NCBI GenBank assembly: GCA_902634185.1
Contig: CACPJC010000003.1
Coordinates: 96,001 to 160,000, forward strand
Reading direction: 5' to 3'
DNA length: 64,000 bases
Source of the DNA: an uncultured Candidatus Actinomarina sp.
GTDB taxonomy: Bacteria; Actinomycetota; Acidimicrobiia; Actinomarinales; Actinomarinaceae
Below, one piece after another: positions 26,871 through 37,679 of this stretch (position 1 is its first letter; each line of letters starts with the position of its first letter). Under the pieces are notes generated by a model. It had not been told where the DNA came from, did not search any database, and saw only the letters and a list, made by a program, of their open reading frames with translations. Made by a program: the position numbers and the translations under genes.

Positions 26871-29825
26871 ATGGCACAAATTCATGAACTTGAATCAAAA
26901 TCAAGATTTGGAACCAGATATATAGTCGGGATAATTTTAGCAATTTCAACTCTTCTAGTTGCTGGTTGGATTGGATTTTTTGTATTTCTTCCAATCAAAT
27001 CTGGAATGAGTACGATATATGAACTTGAGGATAGGTTTCTTCCAAGAGCAGAAGGGATGGTTTTGGATTTCGTATCTTTATCGGAGCCATCAATAATTAT
27101 TACAAGTGATGATGTAATTCTTGATGAGTTGCATGATGGTTTAAATCGCGATCCAATCAAATTAGCCGATGTTCCACCATTTGTTGTTAACACTTTGCTA
27201 GCAGCAGAAGATAGTAATTATTATCAACATGAAGGTGTCGATTTTATTGCGATTTTAAGCGCAGTTCTTGACAACTTAAGAGGTGTAACCAGAGGTGGGT
27301 CAACAATAACTTCACAAGTTGCCAAACAATCATTCGTTGGAGATGAAATTTCAATAAGAAGAAAAGTAGCAGAAGCAGTGGTTGCAGCTGAACTGGAGAG
27401 AAGGTATACAAAAGATCAAATATTAGAGTATTACATAAATTCAATTTATTGGGGATCAGGTGCATATGGACTCCAATCAGCAGCATTTGAATATTTCAAT
27501 AAAGAGGTATCTGAACTTACATTAGATCAGGCTGCAACTTTAGTTGTTATTATCAGAAGTCCTGCATACTACAATCCAAGAAAATATCCTGAGAGAGTTC
27601 TCGAAAGAAGAAATGATGTATTAGATATTATGCTCAAAGAAGGGTTCATTGTTGATGTTCAGCACAGGTCAGCAAAGTTAGCCCCTTTGGTCATATCAGA
27701 ACCAAATAATATTGAAAACAATGCAGAGCACGTATCAGCGGAAGTCAAAAGGCAATTACTTAATGATCCTCAGTTTGCCTTTTTAGGAGATACAAAAGAA
27801 GATAGAAAGAAAAAACTTTTTGGTTGCCCATCTGACGATACAAGTTGTACTGGTGGAGGTGGTTTAAAAATTTATATAACTGTGAACCTCGCATTACAAG
27901 AGCATGCAAATTCAATTCTGAACAAATGGGTTCCACCTTCAATTGATGAGGATTCAGAAGAAGAAAATGAGCCAAAACCGACAGGGGTAATAACACTACT
28001 AAATAACTTTACAGGTGCAATTGAAGTAATGGCATCAGGAATTCCTTTTGATGAAGAGCAATATAATTTAGCTACTCAAGGAAAAAGAAATCCAGGATCT
28101 GCATTTAAACCAATTACACTCCTTGCAGCATTAGAAACAGGTTCGCAATTATATAGTTATCGAGACTCCAGATCTCCCACTGAAATTGATTGTGGATATC
28201 CATGTGCTCCTGATGGAGTTGGAACTAACTGGGTTGTAAGAAACTATGGAACATCCATAACAGCTGACAGATACATAAATAAAATTGCTGCTCAAGACCG
28301 TGCGATTGAGCTTCAATGCATTGGAACCCATATAGATGAAATTAAAAATAAAGACTTTATTGAGCAATTTCCTTTAGCTGAAGGGCTTGATGACATTGAA
28401 AAAGATAGTGATAAATTATTGGAGATAGGAAAGACACTAAACCAATTTGATGAAGAGGGTGTTCCAATAATTTATAGTGAAAATGAAAATATTGAAAAAG
28501 AAGAGAATCAAACCGTAGTTTCAGATGAATTACTTATTGATGAGCAAAGTAACTTAATACAAATCGAGCTTGAAGCTGAGAAGCAATATATTTTCAAACC
28601 ATGTCAGGACAAATCGGAGTACAACAGATCTATAAAATTACTTGATACATCTGGAATGGTATCGCTTGAGGAAGCTACTAGAAGATCAATTAATACAGTT
28701 TTTGCTCAGTTGGCATCAGAAATTGGAGGGGAAAAACTCGCTAGTACGGCAAAAAGAATTGGTATTGATTCAGAACTTGAACCAGTAATTTCTTTAACTC
28801 TCGGTGCTGGAGCTGTTACACCTATTGAATTAGCTTCTGCATATTCTTCCTTTGCTACAAATGGAAAATTAGCACCACCATATTTAATAGAGAAAATTGA
28901 AGACTCAAATGGACAACTACTTTATAAACATATTGTCTCTACTAGAACAAGTATTCCAGATCCAGCAGCAGCTGCTGCAGTCAGAAAAACACTTGAGGTT
29001 GCAGCTCAAATTGGTACAGGTACAAGGGCAGTTTTAGACGATAGACCAATCGCCGGTAAAACAGGTACCCACCAAGGATTCAGAGAAGCATGGTTCATAG
29101 GATTCATTCCTCAATATACATCCTCAGTTTGGATTGGTTTTGCTGAGGAACAATTACCACTTACTGATGTAGAGATTAATGGTGAGCTCATTAAAAATGT
29201 TTCGGGAGGTAGAGTTCCCGCACCAATTTGGAAAGAATTTATGGAAGAAGTTGTTAAGGGTTTACCTATTCAAGAATGGCCTGAAGATCCTATCGATATA
29301 GATAGATATTATGAAATTCCTAAAATAGAAATTCCAGAATTAGTTGGATTAAACGTTCTTGATGCAGAGGAAATTGCTTTCTCTGGTTATATACTTCCAA
29401 CAATAAATCTTATTGACTCAGAAGAAGCACCTGGATTAGTCCTAAAACAAAATGTTAAAAATTGTAATCGTGAGGAAGAATCCAATGATTCAGATGAAAA
29501 TGATAATAACTCTGAAGAGGAAGACGATTGTATTGGAGTTGAAATGCCTGAGGGTACAGAAGTCATTCTTGAAGTATCAGGTAAAAAATTTACTGGAAAT
29601 CTTCCGAATCTACCACCTTGTGAATATACAATCGATGAGGCAAAAAGTTTAGTTAAGGAATTTATGAGAGAGACAAATGTGATACTTTTTCTTAAAAATA
29701 CATTTGAAGAAACGGACTTAGAAAATTGTGAAGGAAAAGTCATTGGAACTAATGTTGCTCAAGGTGGTACCGTATCTACTGGCGACACACTTTCATTTAT
29801 TATTGGAAGTAAAAATGAAGACTAA
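26871..29825 (+). CDS. Class A penicillin-binding protein (transglycosylase-transpeptidase) with C-terminal PASTA-like domains
   Basis: AEDSNYYQHEGVD, GGSTITSQ, RKVAE, SAFK (SxxK), SIN (SxN) and KTGT motifs. Confidence 0.93.
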   Translation: MAQIHELESKSRFGTRYIVGIILAISTLLVAGWIGFFVFLPIKSGMSTIYELEDRFLPRAEGMVLDFVSLSEPSIIITSDDVILDELHDGLNRDPIKLADVPPFVVNTLLAAEDSNYYQHEGVDFIAILSAVLDNLRGVTRGGSTITSQVAKQSFVGDEISIRRKVAEAVVAAELERRYTKDQILEYYINSIYWGSGAYGLQSAAFEYFNKEVSELTLDQAATLVVIIRSPAYYNPRKYPERVLERRNDVLDIMLKEGFIVDVQHRSAKLAPLVISEPNNIENNAEHVSAEVKRQLLNDPQFAFLGDTKEDRKKKLFGCPSDDTSCTGGGGLKIYITVNLALQEHANSILNKWVPPSIDEDSEEENEPKPTGVITLLNNFTGAIEVMASGIPFDEEQYNLATQGKRNPGSAFKPITLLAALETGSQLYSYRDSRSPTEIDCGYPCAPDGVGTNWVVRNYGTSITADRYINKIAAQDRAIELQCIGTHIDEIKNKDFIEQFPLAEGLDDIEKDSDKLLEIGKTLNQFDEEGVPIIYSENENIEKEENQTVVSDELLIDEQSNLIQIELEAEKQYIFKPCQDKSEYNRSIKLLDTSGMVSLEEATRRSINTVFAQLASEIGGEKLASTAKRIGIDSELEPVISLTLGAGAVTPIELASAYSSFATNGKLAPPYLIEKIEDSNGQLLYKHIVSTRTSIPDPAAAAAVRKTLEVAAQIGTGTRAVLDDRPIAGKTGTHQGFREAWFIGFIPQYTSSVWIGFAEEQLPLTDVEINGELIKNVSGGRVPAPIWKEFMEEVVKGLPIQEWPEDPIDIDRYYEIPKIEIPELVGLNVLDAEEIAFSGYILPTINLIDSEEAPGLVLKQNVKNCNREEESNDSDENDNNSEEEDDCIGVEMPEGTEVILEVSGKKFTGNLPNLPPCEYTIDEAKSLVKEFMRETNVILFLKNTFEETDLENCEGKVIGTNVAQGGTVSTGDTLSFIIGSKNED

Positions 29826-31162
29826 TCTAAATTTTTAAAAAATTCGTAAAGTGATAAAACTCCAAATCCAGTTGCACCTTTTCTATTATCTGATCGTGCT
29901 GGACCCGCTATGTCCAAATGTATCCAGTCATTTTCACCGATAAACTCTTTTAAAAGAAGAGCGGCAGTTATTGCTCCACCAAATCTCCCACCAGTATTTT
30001 TCATATCAGCTAAATCTGAATCAATTAGCTTTCTATATCCATCAAATAATGGAAGAGGATGAAACTCTTCTTTTATGCTTTTGGCACATTCTATAAATTT
30101 CTTTTCTAAATCGTTGTTGTTTGAAAATGTAGCACCAATATCTAAACCTAATGCAACCACTGAGGCACCTGTTAAAGTCGCAATATCACAAATTAAATCT
30201 GGATTAGTTTCAGCTGCATAAGCTAAGGCATCAGACATAATTAGTCTTCCTTCAGCGTCAGTGTTCATAACCTCAATAGTCTTTCCATTTCTTGTCTTAA
30301 GTACATCACCAGGTCTTATCGCGGAACCGCTAACCATATTTTCTACAATCGGCGTATAAACAGTTAGTCCAATATCCTGATTTGTTCTAGCTACTATATT
30401 TATAACGCCCCAAGCACTTGCTGCACCAGACATATCAGTTTTCATTGTTTCCATACCAGCAGGACTCTTCAATGAATATCCTCCTGTATCGAAAAGAACA
30501 CCTTTTCCAATTAGTGATACTTGGTATTTTGCTTTCGGATTATATTTACCAACAAGAAAATAGGGAGGTCTATCAGACCCTTTTCCAACACCTAAAACAC
30601 CACCAAAATTGTTTTCTTCAAGCCATTTTTTGTCATGTACTTGAATATCTACCAACGAAGAATCGACCAACTCATTTACTTTATCAATGAATACTCCAGG
30701 TGACTTATCCAAAGCAGGTGTATTGATTAAATCTCTTACCCAAAATACTGAATCCTTCTTTATTTCATTTTCAGTAGATTCAATATTTTTAAATGAAATA
30801 GTATTTATTGAAGAGCTGTCTTCAGATTTATAATCATTAAATTTGTATTGAGCATATAAAATTCCGTCAATTATTAAATTGGTATTTTCGTCATTATTTA
30901 AAAAATTAATTTCGGCATCAGATTCAATTTTTGAACCTATTAAAATTCCTATGTCATAAAAGTTGATATCATCATTATTTTCACCTGTTCCAACCAGAAA
31001 CGTTGAATTTTGATTCTTTGAAAATGATGGTGGAACTGAAAGTATTTGATTTTGTTTACCTGTAAAAGAATGTGTTTCACAATATTCTTCAAACTGCTTT
31101 TTATCAAAAAATTCTTCAAAACCAGTTAATTCATTATCTAGAAATAATATATCAATATTCAT
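29822..31162 (-). CDS. pepA: Leucyl aminopeptidase (M17)
   Basis: GKGVLFDTGG, MKTDMSG, NTDAEGRL and WIHLDIAG motifs. Confidence 0.92.
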   Translation of the reverse strand: MNIDILFLDNELTGFEEFFDKKQFEEYCETHSFTGKQNQILSVPPSFSKNQNSTFLVGTGENNDDINFYDIGILIGSKIESDAEINFLNNDENTNLIIDGILYAQYKFNDYKSEDSSSINTISFKNIESTENEIKKDSVFWVRDLINTPALDKSPGVFIDKVNELVDSSLVDIQVHDKKWLEENNFGGVLGVGKGSDRPPYFLVGKYNPKAKYQVSLIGKGVLFDTGGYSLKSPAGMETMKTDMSGAASAWGVINIVARTNQDIGLTVYTPIVENMVSGSAIRPGDVLKTRNGKTIEVMNTDAEGRLIMSDALAYAAETNPDLICDIATLTGASVVALGLDIGATFSNNNDLEKKFIECAKSIKEEFHPLPLFDGYRKLIDSDLADMKNTGGRFGGAITAALLLKEFIGENDWIHLDIAGPARSDNRKGATGFGVLSLYEFFKNLD

Positions 31163-31701
31163 TTACTTGGTGTCCAATCACTTTCAAACTCTCTCGCTAA
31201 CATCCATAATAGATCAGAAAGTCGATTTAAATATACTACCACTTCTGAATCATCAATTTCTAAATGTCTTTGCCATCTTACGCACTTTCTTTCTGCTCTT
31301 CTTGAAACTACTCTTGCCCAGTCAAATTTAGCCGAAATTTCATTTTCTCCTGGAACTACAAAAAACTCTGGGATACCATTCTTTTCTTCTAAAAAATCGA
31401 TATCCTTTTCAAGTTTTAGAATCATTTTCTTCTCGACTAAAGTTTTATCTGGCTCTAGTTTTTTTCTATTTTCCTTTGTTGTTGCTAACTCTGCTCCAAC
31501 TATGAATAATTCTCTTTGAATCCTAAGTACAGATTCCTGGACTTCGATTGGAAGTTTTTTGTCTGCTCTGATTAGTCCTAATGCCGCAACTAATTCGTCA
31601 ACAGATCCGTATGCATCAGGAGCAAGGTCATCTTTAGAGACTGCATCACCAAAGAGCATCCGTGTGTTACCTTTATCACCTTTTTTTGTGTAAATCTTCA
31701 T
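31159..31701 (-). CDS. Cob(I)alamin adenosyltransferase, PduO type
   Basis: KIYTKKGDKG, YGSVDEL, RVVSRRAER and YLNRLSDLLW motifs. Confidence 0.9.
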   Translation of the reverse strand: MKIYTKKGDKGNTRMLFGDAVSKDDLAPDAYGSVDELVAALGLIRADKKLPIEVQESVLRIQRELFIVGAELATTKENRKKLEPDKTLVEKKMILKLEKDIDFLEEKNGIPEFFVVPGENEISAKFDWARVVSRRAERKCVRWQRHLEIDDSEVVVYLNRLSDLLWMLAREFESDWTPSK

Positions 31702-31717
31702 TACTATCAATATAGTC

Positions 31718-32371
31718 CTAGGACAAAAGTAAAAGACCTCCAGAAGCTCCTAGTGAAACAATTAATGACAAATAACTCAATCCTGTAGAAGCCATAACTC
31801 CTGTATATGATTTTTCACCTAAAGATTTATATGAAGCAAACGACAAAATTGATGTAGAAAGAAAAAGTATCAAGATTACATTTTTGAATATATTCTCAAT
31901 ATCTTGACCAACAAATTCAAAAAACACAAGTGGTATAAGAATTAAAGATTGAAAAGTACTGGTAATAGCTATTTTTTTCATACCTTCTTTTGATATTGTT
32001 GGGTCTACCAAAAACCAATGACCAATCATCATAGATGAAAAAACACCACTTACTAAGGATATTGGAAATAAATAATTTAGAAAAAAATCGAAAATGTTTA
32101 AATTTAGTGTATTGAAAATCTCATAATTGAGCAACATAAAACTTAAACCATAAAAATAGGGATATATTTTTTTATTTTTTATCAGCAAAGTTATAACCAA
32201 CAAGAGAGTACCAAATACAGTTAAAAGGCTAAAATTTAGCAAGATAATAGTAGAAATAATCGAAATAAATAATATACTGAATCCTTTTCTTGGCTTAATT
32301 CTGAAGTTTGAATATGAAAGATAGGGAATACAAAATGTTAGTAAAACATAAACAAATAGGTTCAATTCCAT
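31718..32371 (-). CDS. Polytopic membrane protein of unknown function
   Basis: Multiple TM segments with MMIGHWFL and STGLSY motifs. Confidence 0.6.
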   Translation of the reverse strand: MELNLFVYVLLTFCIPYLSYSNFRIKPRKGFSILFISIISTIILLNFSLLTVFGTLLLVITLLIKNKKIYPYFYGLSFMLLNYEIFNTLNLNIFDFFLNYLFPISLVSGVFSSMMIGHWFLVDPTISKEGMKKIAITSTFQSLILIPLVFFEFVGQDIENIFKNVILILFLSTSILSFASYKSLGEKSYTGVMASTGLSYLSLIVSLGASGGLLLLS

Positions 32372-32393
32372 ATATCTTTTACAATAACAATAT

Positions 32394-32738
32394 ATGTTAA
32401 AGAATATAAATCAGCTTAGGATTTTAAAAGCGGTAGTCATATCATTTATCTTCATTTACATTACAAATAATATTTTTAATTTGAATGAATTTACTCTAGG
32501 TATAAATTTTTTCATGTCCTTGGGTATTTATTCAATTCTTAGCTACGTAGCCCTTATTGGTTACAAATTAAATAAGCTGGTTGGTTTAATATTGTTTTTT
32601 TCAATTACATTTCTTTCACCAAATATGTACCCTGAACTAGAGGGTCAACTTTTTCCAGTTACATATGTTATTTTTGCTTTATTTTTAACATATCACTTTG
32701 GTGTTGAAATGTATAAAAAGTGGAAAACGACTATCTAA
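32394..32738 (+). CDS. Small hypothetical membrane protein
   Basis: 114 aa with about 4 hydrophobic segments. Confidence 0.55.
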   Translation: MLKNINQLRILKAVVISFIFIYITNNIFNLNEFTLGINFFMSLGIYSILSYVALIGYKLNKLVGLILFFSITFLSPNMYPELEGQLFPVTYVIFALFLTYHFGVEMYKKWKTTI

Positions 32739-32775
32739 ATTAAATAAATTAGAAAGGGTAGGTTAGAATAGAATA

Positions 32776-35748
32776 ATGTTACGGGGCATTTTCAAATTTA
32801 TATTATCATTCTTTTTTGCTTCAATTTTTGTGATATCTGTTGGACAGACTGAGGCTTTTTCTAATACTCATTCTCATTCAATTGTGAGACATGATGTAAA
32901 TATAGGTTGTGCAGACAATGCTGTTGCACCATTAAATTCAATAAAAGATATTCAAACATTTTTAAACTGTAACGGTTTTAGTCCAGGTCCGATAGATGGT
33001 GTATCTGGTGGAAGAACTACTGGAGCTATAAAAAGTTTTCAAGCTAGCGTAGGACTAACTGCAGATGGTGTTGTTGGTCCGGCAACAAAGCAAGCAATGA
33101 GAAGTTATAGTTCAACTACTTTTACTTTTACTGGGAGTGGATGGGGACATGGTGTTGGCTTAAGCCAATATGGAACAAAAGGCTTAACAGAGTTGGGTGC
33201 ACAATTTTGTAGTAACACAAGTTCTTGTACTTCTAATGAAGTTGTTAATTATTATTTTCAAGGTACAAATGTAAGAAATTTAGGAGATATTTCTCTGTCT
33301 TCTCCAGATATAGCATCAAATAACAATGCTTTATGGGTGGGTCTTGCTAGGAATGCAAAAAGTATAACATTAACAACTCTACCTTCGTCGAGTCCACCAT
33401 CTCTTAATATCTGTCAAGATGGATTATCAAATACTGCTGGAGTGCAATTATTTCTCACTTCAAGAGGATTTGAGCCGGGTCCTATTGATGGTGCCTATGG
33501 TGATAAAACCGCAGATGCAATTAGAAGTTATCAAGCATCTGTAGGATTAGGTCAAACAGGATCTATAAATGATGAGCTTATCAATAAAATAAAATCTGAT
33601 GCAACATCTGATGGCCCATGTGAGTCTGTTTGGGGTCCTTTGAAAATTGGTGGTGGTGCAACTATCAGTGTAATAAACAGTGGAAGTGAATGTTACATGA
33701 CAGGTCATCCACTTGTTCCAAAAATAAGAGCAAGTTGCAATATGAGCATTAAATGGTCTGATGGAGGAAGAATTAGAGTTGGACCCCGAGAACATAAGCA
33801 CGGAATTTTGAAATTGAGATCAAAAAATGTTTCGTCTGGTTTTCATGTAGTTTTGTCAGTAAACCTAGAAAAATATTTATATGGCCTAGCTGAAATGCCC
33901 TCTCATTGGAATGTTAAAGCGCTTGAAGCCCAAGCTCTTGTTGGGAGAAGTTATGCAGTTTTCCACTATTTAGATGAGAATATACCATCTTCGTCGACAA
34001 ATCTAGATGCTGGCTTAAGTGAAAAACAAAAGGCTTATTGTTGGTGTCATATAGGCTCTACGGCTTCAAGTCAGTATTATTATGGTTATCTTAAAGAAAT
34101 TTCTGGACCAAATTGGGTACAAGCTGTAAATAATACCTCTGGAAAAGTAATCACCTATGACGGTTCATATACTCGTAGCACAGTAATTCAAGCATTTTAT
34201 TCTTCATCAACTGGTGGTAAGACTAACACAAATGTTGTTGGATTTGGATCTGCCACACCGTGGCCTTACCTTAAAACCGTTGATGATCCATGGTCAATAG
34301 ATAATAGAGTTGGTAATTCTAAAGCTGCCTGGTCCTTTGACTTCAATACCTATCAACTATCTAAAAATATATTATGTGGTGATACTCCTTGTTTTGATGC
34401 AATTACTGACATTTATGTTTCATCGGTTGCAGAGTCTGGTGCTGCTTTAGAGGTCACAATGAAAGGTTTCAAAAATGGATCAGCAAAGTCAGTAACAAAA
34501 TCTGGAAGAAATATTAAGTCACAGTTAGGATTTCGATCTCATTACTTTAAATCTTCAAGTACATCTGACGTTTCAAATCTTGCAGTAGGACCAGTCCAGG
34601 CTAATACATCTTCAAGTGCTAACGGTGCATCAGAGAATTTGTCAGCTGGAGAAACAGCCCAATACGCAACCTCAAGCGCAGGACTTTCTTATCTTGCAAA
34701 AGCAGGTTTAATAAATAAATGTGATGGTAATTCATCTGGTTGTCAGGCAAAAACACTGACAAGAGAGGAAGCTGCAGCGATTATCACTGTAGTTGGAGGT
34801 ATTCCACAAGATTCACCAAATGCTTATAGTGATGACGATACAAGTATTTACCAATCTGCAATCAATGGATTGCCATACTATGGAATGCAAGTATGTTTTG
34901 GAAGTCCATTCGAAATTTTACCCAAAGAAACAGTCGCTAGAGATGAGTTTGCATGTCTATTAGTTAGATCAATTAAAGCTGGAACAACAACAAATCTTTC
35001 TGGATCAGTTGATAAATATTCAGATGAAGGTGCAAGTAAGTGGACAAATGAGATAAATACCCTTGCAGCTAACGATGTGATTCCAGCATGCAGTTCAATA
35101 AGTGATAAATTTTGCCCAAGTAGAAAAATTTCAATAGGAGAAGTCTCATACATTATCGATAAGCTTGTAGGTAAATCATTAATTTCAACTAATTTATTTG
35201 AGTCATCACCTTTTAATAACTCTTGGGAACCATCTGGTGGCGAGGTTGAAAATGTAGCCGAAACAGCTGTTTCAAATCCTAACGCGGGTAATGATGCTTG
35301 TGTGCCAAAAGATAATTCTGGAATCATAATTAATTCAGTATTAGATATTCAACAATTTCTTGCTAACAACGGATTTAACCCTGGGCCTGTAGATGGGCAA
35401 TCTGGACCAAAAACTAAAGCTGCTATCAAGGCATTTCAGCAAAAAGCGGGTCTGTATGCAGATGGCATTGTTGGTAATAAAACTAAAGCAGCAATGAAAG
35501 CTTACACCGGTTGTGAGTCTGGAAACGTTTGTAAAGCGAGGGATAATAGTGGAGCGAAACTTGATAGCGTTGCAGGGGTACAAACATTTTTAGCAAATAA
35601 TGGATTTAATCCAGGAATTATTGATGGTGAAATGGGTTCATACACTAGAGAGGCTATTAAAGCATTTCAAAGAAAAGTTGGTTTGATCCCTGATGGAGTT
35701 GCAGGAACAAGAACTAAAGCAGCAATGAAATCTTATACAGGTTGTTAA
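32776..35748 (+). CDS. Secreted SpoIID/LytB-domain peptidoglycan hydrolase with four peptidoglycan-binding domains and SLH-like region
   Basis: GSGWGHGVGLSQYG, LEKYLYGLAEMP..W..ALEAQA..GRSYA, AFYSSSTGG and PYLKTVDDPW motifs; four 'Q.FL...GF.PG.IDG..G..T..AI..FQ..GL' repeats. Confidence 0.85.
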   Translation: MLRGIFKFILSFFFASIFVISVGQTEAFSNTHSHSIVRHDVNIGCADNAVAPLNSIKDIQTFLNCNGFSPGPIDGVSGGRTTGAIKSFQASVGLTADGVVGPATKQAMRSYSSTTFTFTGSGWGHGVGLSQYGTKGLTELGAQFCSNTSSCTSNEVVNYYFQGTNVRNLGDISLSSPDIASNNNALWVGLARNAKSITLTTLPSSSPPSLNICQDGLSNTAGVQLFLTSRGFEPGPIDGAYGDKTADAIRSYQASVGLGQTGSINDELINKIKSDATSDGPCESVWGPLKIGGGATISVINSGSECYMTGHPLVPKIRASCNMSIKWSDGGRIRVGPREHKHGILKLRSKNVSSGFHVVLSVNLEKYLYGLAEMPSHWNVKALEAQALVGRSYAVFHYLDENIPSSSTNLDAGLSEKQKAYCWCHIGSTASSQYYYGYLKEISGPNWVQAVNNTSGKVITYDGSYTRSTVIQAFYSSSTGGKTNTNVVGFGSATPWPYLKTVDDPWSIDNRVGNSKAAWSFDFNTYQLSKNILCGDTPCFDAITDIYVSSVAESGAALEVTMKGFKNGSAKSVTKSGRNIKSQLGFRSHYFKSSSTSDVSNLAVGPVQANTSSSANGASENLSAGETAQYATSSAGLSYLAKAGLINKCDGNSSGCQAKTLTREEAAAIITVVGGIPQDSPNAYSDDDTSIYQSAINGLPYYGMQVCFGSPFEILPKETVARDEFACLLVRSIKAGTTTNLSGSVDKYSDEGASKWTNEINTLAANDVIPACSSISDKFCPSRKISIGEVSYIIDKLVGKSLISTNLFESSPFNNSWEPSGGEVENVAETAVSNPNAGNDACVPKDNSGIIINSVLDIQQFLANNGFNPGPVDGQSGPKTKAAIKAFQQKAGLYADGIVGNKTKAAMKAYTGCESGNVCKARDNSGAKLDSVAGVQTFLANNGFNPGIIDGEMGSYTREAIKAFQRKVGLIPDGVAGTRTKAAMKSYTGC

Positions 35749-37658
35749 TTCAATAAACTTCTTATTTCATCAGATATTTTTTCAGCATTAAAGTTAAATT
35801 TTTCAGCTAATTGATCGATCGGGGCTGATTCACCAAAAGAATCTATTGAGAATGATTTTTTAATGTTCTGAATATACGTATCCCAACCTATTGTTCTTCC
35901 CAACTCAATCGTAAAAATATTTTGATTAAGACTTAATGATTCAAGCCTCTCTTCGTTTAATCTATTTAAAATTGGAGCGCTAATTATTTGGACAGATAAA
36001 TCTTTTAATTTCGTACTTATTTCAAACGCAAGTTCAAGTTCTGAACCAGTTGCAATTAAAGTAATATCTGAACCAGGCATAAATTCATAAGCACCCGTTT
36101 GAAAATCCTTATAGCTAACGTCATTATCAAAAAACTTCATATTCTGTCTTGATAAAATTATTGCTTTAGGATTTTCTCTTTTTTCCAATGCATATCTATA
36201 AGAATGAATTAACTCCATACTGTTTGATGGCCTAATAACATCAAGATTAGGTATCAGTCTTAGCGACATTAAATGTTCAATAGGCTGATGTGTTGGTCCA
36301 TCCTCTCCAAGATATATTGAATCATGAGTGAATATAAATAACGAATTAATATTCATCAAAGATGCTAATCGCATACTTGGCCTCATATAGTCGGAGAAAA
36401 CTAGAAAAGTTGATCCATATGGGATTAAATTACTATGTAATGCAAGACCGTTAACAATTCCACCCATTGCATGTTCTCTAATTCCGAATTCAATACTGTT
36501 TCCTCCAAAATTATTTGAGCCAAAGGTATTATCACTTATTACTTGTTTTGTTGAAGCAGCTAAATCTGCAGATCCACCAATAATAAATTTGTTAGATAAA
36601 CCATATTCATTCAATATTTTGCCACCGACAACCCTTGAAGCCTCATCGCTTGACCACTCAAGTTCAACCTCTGAGGTTTCAAAATTATTAAACTGATTCC
36701 ACAATTGCCTAAAATTCTTGTCAGATTGAAGTTTCGATTCTAAGTTAGCATTCCATTCATCAAATTTTGAATTATCATCTGCTCTTTTTTCATCAAAATA
36801 TGAATAAATTTCCGAATCGTGCAAAAATGGATCACCCGAAAACCCAATATTTTGTAAAAAAAGCTCGAATTCATTTTCACCCAATGGAGAACCGTGAACT
36901 CCACTTGTGTTTTCTTTATTTGGAGCGTACTTACCGATTGTTGATTTAGAGATAATTAATGTCGGCTTATTGGTAACACTTTTTGCAGATTCAACTGCGT
37001 CAATAATTTCATTTTCATTATGTGCATCAATTTCGAGCACATCCCATCCCATCGAAATAAATTTTTGTTTTTGGTTAGTTACCGACACCTGCGTAACATT
37101 TCCATCAATAGAAATGTTGTTGTCATCAAAAAAGTAAATTAGTTTGCCGAGCTCCCATAATCCGGCTAATTCTGCGGCCTCAGTTGAAATACCCTCCATT
37201 AAATCACCATCAGAAACAATCCCATAAATATGATGGTCCACAACATCCCCTCCAAAGACAGAAGCTAGATATCTCTCAGCCACTGCTAAACCTACGCCAT
37301 TTGCAAATCCTTGTCCAAGTGGTCCTGTAGTTGTATCTATTCCAATCTCAAAATCTTTTTCTGGATGTCCTGCAGTTTTTGATCCTAATTGTCTAAAATT
37401 TTTTATTTCATCTATAGATATATCGAATCCATTGAAGTGTAAAAGACTATATAGAAGCATTGAACCGTGTCCTGCGCTTAAGACAAATCTATCCCGATTG
37501 ATCCAGTCTGGATGTTTATTTGATACTTTTAAAAAGTTTTTGTACAAAACAACCCCAATATCCGCCATACCTAGTGGCATACCAGGATGTCCAGAGTTTG
37601 CTCTTTCAACAGCGGCAGCAGAAAGAACTCTTATAGATTTTGTTACATCGTCAAACAT
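35745..37658 (-). CDS. tkt: Transketolase
   Basis: SGHPGMPLG, DRFVLSAGHGSM, TGPLGQG, FGIREHAM and THDSIYLGEDGPTHQP motifs. Confidence 0.97.
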   Translation of the reverse strand: MFDDVTKSIRVLSAAAVERANSGHPGMPLGMADIGVVLYKNFLKVSNKHPDWINRDRFVLSAGHGSMLLYSLLHFNGFDISIDEIKNFRQLGSKTAGHPEKDFEIGIDTTTGPLGQGFANGVGLAVAERYLASVFGGDVVDHHIYGIVSDGDLMEGISTEAAELAGLWELGKLIYFFDDNNISIDGNVTQVSVTNQKQKFISMGWDVLEIDAHNENEIIDAVESAKSVTNKPTLIISKSTIGKYAPNKENTSGVHGSPLGENEFELFLQNIGFSGDPFLHDSEIYSYFDEKRADDNSKFDEWNANLESKLQSDKNFRQLWNQFNNFETSEVELEWSSDEASRVVGGKILNEYGLSNKFIIGGSADLAASTKQVISDNTFGSNNFGGNSIEFGIREHAMGGIVNGLALHSNLIPYGSTFLVFSDYMRPSMRLASLMNINSLFIFTHDSIYLGEDGPTHQPIEHLMSLRLIPNLDVIRPSNSMELIHSYRYALEKRENPKAIILSRQNMKFFDNDVSYKDFQTGAYEFMPGSDITLIATGSELELAFEISTKLKDLSVQIISAPILNRLNEERLESLSLNQNIFTIELGRTIGWDTYIQNIKKSFSIDSFGESAPIDQLAEKFNFNAEKISDEIRSLLN

Positions 37659-37679
37659 TGCTCTAAGTATATTTATATA

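Noticed and set aside
28251-28650. Intein in PBP1A
   Set aside because: No intein-like N-terminal block, no His-Asn followed by Cys/Ser/Thr at the C-terminal junction, no LAGLIDADG motifs, and the domain is extracytoplasmic.
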